Source: Oscillatoriales cyanobacterium CG2_30_44_21 (GTDB lineage: Bacteria; Cyanobacteriota; Cyanobacteriia; Pseudanabaenales; Pseudanabaenaceae). From it: 52,737 nt of DNA. Below are positions 50,142 to 52,737 of the stretch, one piece after another. Position 1 is the stretch's first letter. Each line of letters opens with the position of its first letter. The stretch spans positions 1-52,737 of the forward strand of contig MNZA01000129.1 of the NCBI GenBank assembly GCA_001873375.1, in the 5' to 3' direction. A program made the position numbers and the translations under genes. Under the pieces are notes generated by a model that did not search any database, was not told the DNA's origin, and worked only from the letters and a program-made list of their open reading frames with translations.

Positions 50142-52469
50142 TTAAGCGGCTTCAACCTTAAATATCTCTACCGAGGCTTGCAACTTACTGGCTACGTTAG
50201 CGGTTTCTTGCAGGGCGATCGCCACTTCGCGAGAGGTTTCCGATGACTTCTGCGATTGGCTAGAGATACTTTCCATAACCGACTTAACCGACTGTGAGGT
50301 TAGCACCTGCGAAGTCGTTGCCATAGAAATACCTTTAAACAACTCGTTTACTTTACGGGCAACTTCCACAATCTGGCTCAAGCTCTTTCGCGCTTCTTCC
50401 ACTTTGTTCGTACCCTCAACCACCTGCAAAGTACTAGCTTCCATCGATTCCACCACTTCACTCGTTTCCTGTTGGATGCTTTCAACGATGCGGGCAATTT
50501 CCTTGGTTGCGGTGGCTGACTGCGCCGCCAGTGAGCCAACTTCTTCCGCAACGACCGCAAAGCCTCGACCTTCTTCACCTGCGCGGGCTGCCTCAATGCT
50601 GGCGTTTACCGCCAACATATTCGTCTTCAGCGCAATCTGGTCAATCAGAACTACAACCTTAGAAATCTGCTGCGAAGCTTCTCCAAGACGTTTTACTTTC
50701 TTAGCAGTTGAGGCAACAGTTTGGCGCAGTTGCAGAATACTTTCGGCTGACTGCTCGATCGCGATGTTACCGATTTCCGCCGTAGCCGCCGCCTCGTTAG
50801 AAGCATCAGCCGCTTCCTGTGCGCTATTTGCCACCTGTTGAATCGATACGGTCATATCCTCAACAGACTGCAATGCTCCTTCCAGTTGCTCCGATTGCAA
50901 ACTCGCCTCATCAGCGAGACTGCGAATCGATTCGTTATTAGAACTCACTGAGGTGTTTACCTGTAAAGTGGCAACTTTTACCTGCGTCACAACATCCCGC
51001 AAGCTTTCCACGATCGCATTAAAAAAGTCAGCCACAATCCCAATTTCACCCGCCGAGATTTGAGCGCGAACGGTCAAGTCGCCATTTGCTGCACCCTCAA
51101 CGTCAGACAGCAAGGAAATTAGTTCGCTTTGAAGAGATTCGCTGCGTGAGCGCTCACGCTCAACAGCCGTTTGTTTCTGAACTGCCAATTGGATACCGCT
51201 AAGGGCATAACCCAACTGCTCACCCGCCTGCTTGAGATAGGTAATCTCTTCATCGCTCCATTCTCGATAGGCTTCGCACTGATGAACGATCAACAATCCA
51301 AACAGCTTGTCCGCTTGGAGAATAGGCACAACCAAGTTGGACTTAACCTGCAACCTCTTCATCAGATCTAAATCATTGGCGACAAGTCCTGCATCAAGAA
51401 CGTTACTTGTTACGATGACTCTGCCCTGCTTGTAGTCCTCAATCACATTCTGATGTACTGAAGAGTCAATTAATTCTGCACCCATAGCACTTGTCCAGCC
51501 ACCGCCCAAGATTTCATTGGAGACCCGTCCCGCAAAGTTCTCATCAAAATCGTAGATGATAGCGCGATCAACTCTTAGCCAATTACGAATCTCCGATAGA
51601 TACTGATTGAAAAACTCGTTCGATCCTTCCATCGTTTGCAAACGAGATATTTGGCTTTGAATTTCCGCAAGGACAGCTTCTGACTGCTGGCGCTCGGTGA
51701 TTTTTTCCTGAACAGCAAGTAGATCGGCTAGAGAACTGGACTGCTTGAGCGTGCGTAAATACAGAAAGAAGATAACCGATACGATTAAAGTTGCAGAGGC
51801 AACGCCAACTAAAGCTTCGATTAGTGTCTGTGCATACAATGAATTTTCCGATACGCTCTGAAGCATCAGCCAGTCGGTAGTTGGCAACCTTCTGTAAGCC
51901 CAAAGTGTGCCATTGGCAACCAAATAGCCTTCCTTCTCCTTTTGGATATTTCCCCAAATATTGGCAAGTTCAGGCACTTTCTCGATTTTTTCGCGATTAA
52001 CAGCTTTTTGAGGATCGGGAGGATAGGCAACGATAGTTCCCTTATCGGTGATAAGTGTGTAGAAACTGCTAGGAACTGTAGTATTAATTTCCTTGGTAAT
52101 TTTGACCATTTCGTCGATGTTCATGTCAATACCAGATCCGCCCAATATCTCACCCTTGGCATCGCGGATTATATGCTCAAAGGTGGTCATGTTGATTCCA
52201 TACCACAAATACGGCTCGATCCAAGATGATTTACCTGAATTGTATGGTATAGTCCAGTACTCTTTAGTTGGATAATCGTCATCTTTGAATAGTTCAGAGT
52301 AAATCAAATTGTTGTTCGGAGCAGGAAACCTAGTTCCAAGCTGCTCTTTCTTGCCTTGATCGACATAAACATATCCCATGAACCATTTAGTTGAGGGAAC
52401 TAACTTAAATGGAGCTTGCCCAACGTTGTGCGCTAGGGCTAACCTAGGCATTTTCTGAACGAATTCTAA
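50142..52469 (-). pseudogene. MCP (dCache-like, TM, GAF, MCP signalling domain), 5' part apparently separated by an IS
   Basis: [26 protein letters not shown]; SWIEPY Cache motif; no first TM; the frame runs into the IS end. Confidence 0.75.
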
Positions 52470-52737
52470 GTACAGGACAGCAATTTAATGGAGTTAAAGA
52501 ATGCTTCAGAATTAGCGTGAAGATCGAAGATGATATGCCGAAGGAAATCAAAACCAAGGCGAAAAATACTTTTAGGTAGCCGACCATGCTTTTTGGGCTT
52601 GAGGGGATTAAGTTGAGCAAGCCAAAGCCCAGAAGAAAAAGCCCAACATAAAGCGAGAGTAAGCAACGCAATGAGCTTAGAGAGGCGCTCGGAGTCTTGA
52701 AGATGAGTAGACTCCAAACAAAAGCCACGGGTTTTAA
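52466..52737 (-). mobile_element. 3' end of an IS4-like DDE transposase / IS end, truncated by the window
   Basis: KTRGF.LESTH...KKHGR..KSIFRLG...LSCT*; ends GTCCTGTACTTAG. Confidence 0.82.

Larger units (their letters stand above)
1..52737. repeat. HIP1 octamer GCGATCGC dispersed through the window
   Basis: Dozens of copies seen by eye in coding and non-coding DNA (e.g. near 1059, 1161, 1569, 2816); hallmark of many cyanobacteria. Confidence 0.95.

Overview
Cyanobacterial core-genome segment. HIP1 (GCGATCGC) is abundant, and the gene content and repeat style suggest a Pseudanabaena-like organism (inference). It carries housekeeping genes (tldD/pmbA family, ybaB, tamB, nadE, sbtA/sbtB-like, murJ, petF, rpsA, ycf66, an rpmF missing from the ORF track, argB, sbcD, tatD, cysK, mutT, comM). 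Two convergent chemosensory clusters follow: a pilH-I-J-L/hmp-type cluster with a 2075-aa acidic CheA, and a pix/ptx-like cluster whose MCP appears to be cut by an IS at the right edge. The most unusual signal is a dense set of small DNA elements. Roughly 30 hairpins have variable but self-complementary arms and a GC-NNN-GC triloop, often GNA on one strand. Many sit inside TA-flanked MITE-like wrappers, nest into one another (one with a visible TA duplication), or lie in-frame within nadE and tatD. There is also an orphaned, diverged copy of the tamB 3' end. No rRNA, tRNA or CRISPR array was recognised. All calls are by eye, with no database searches.
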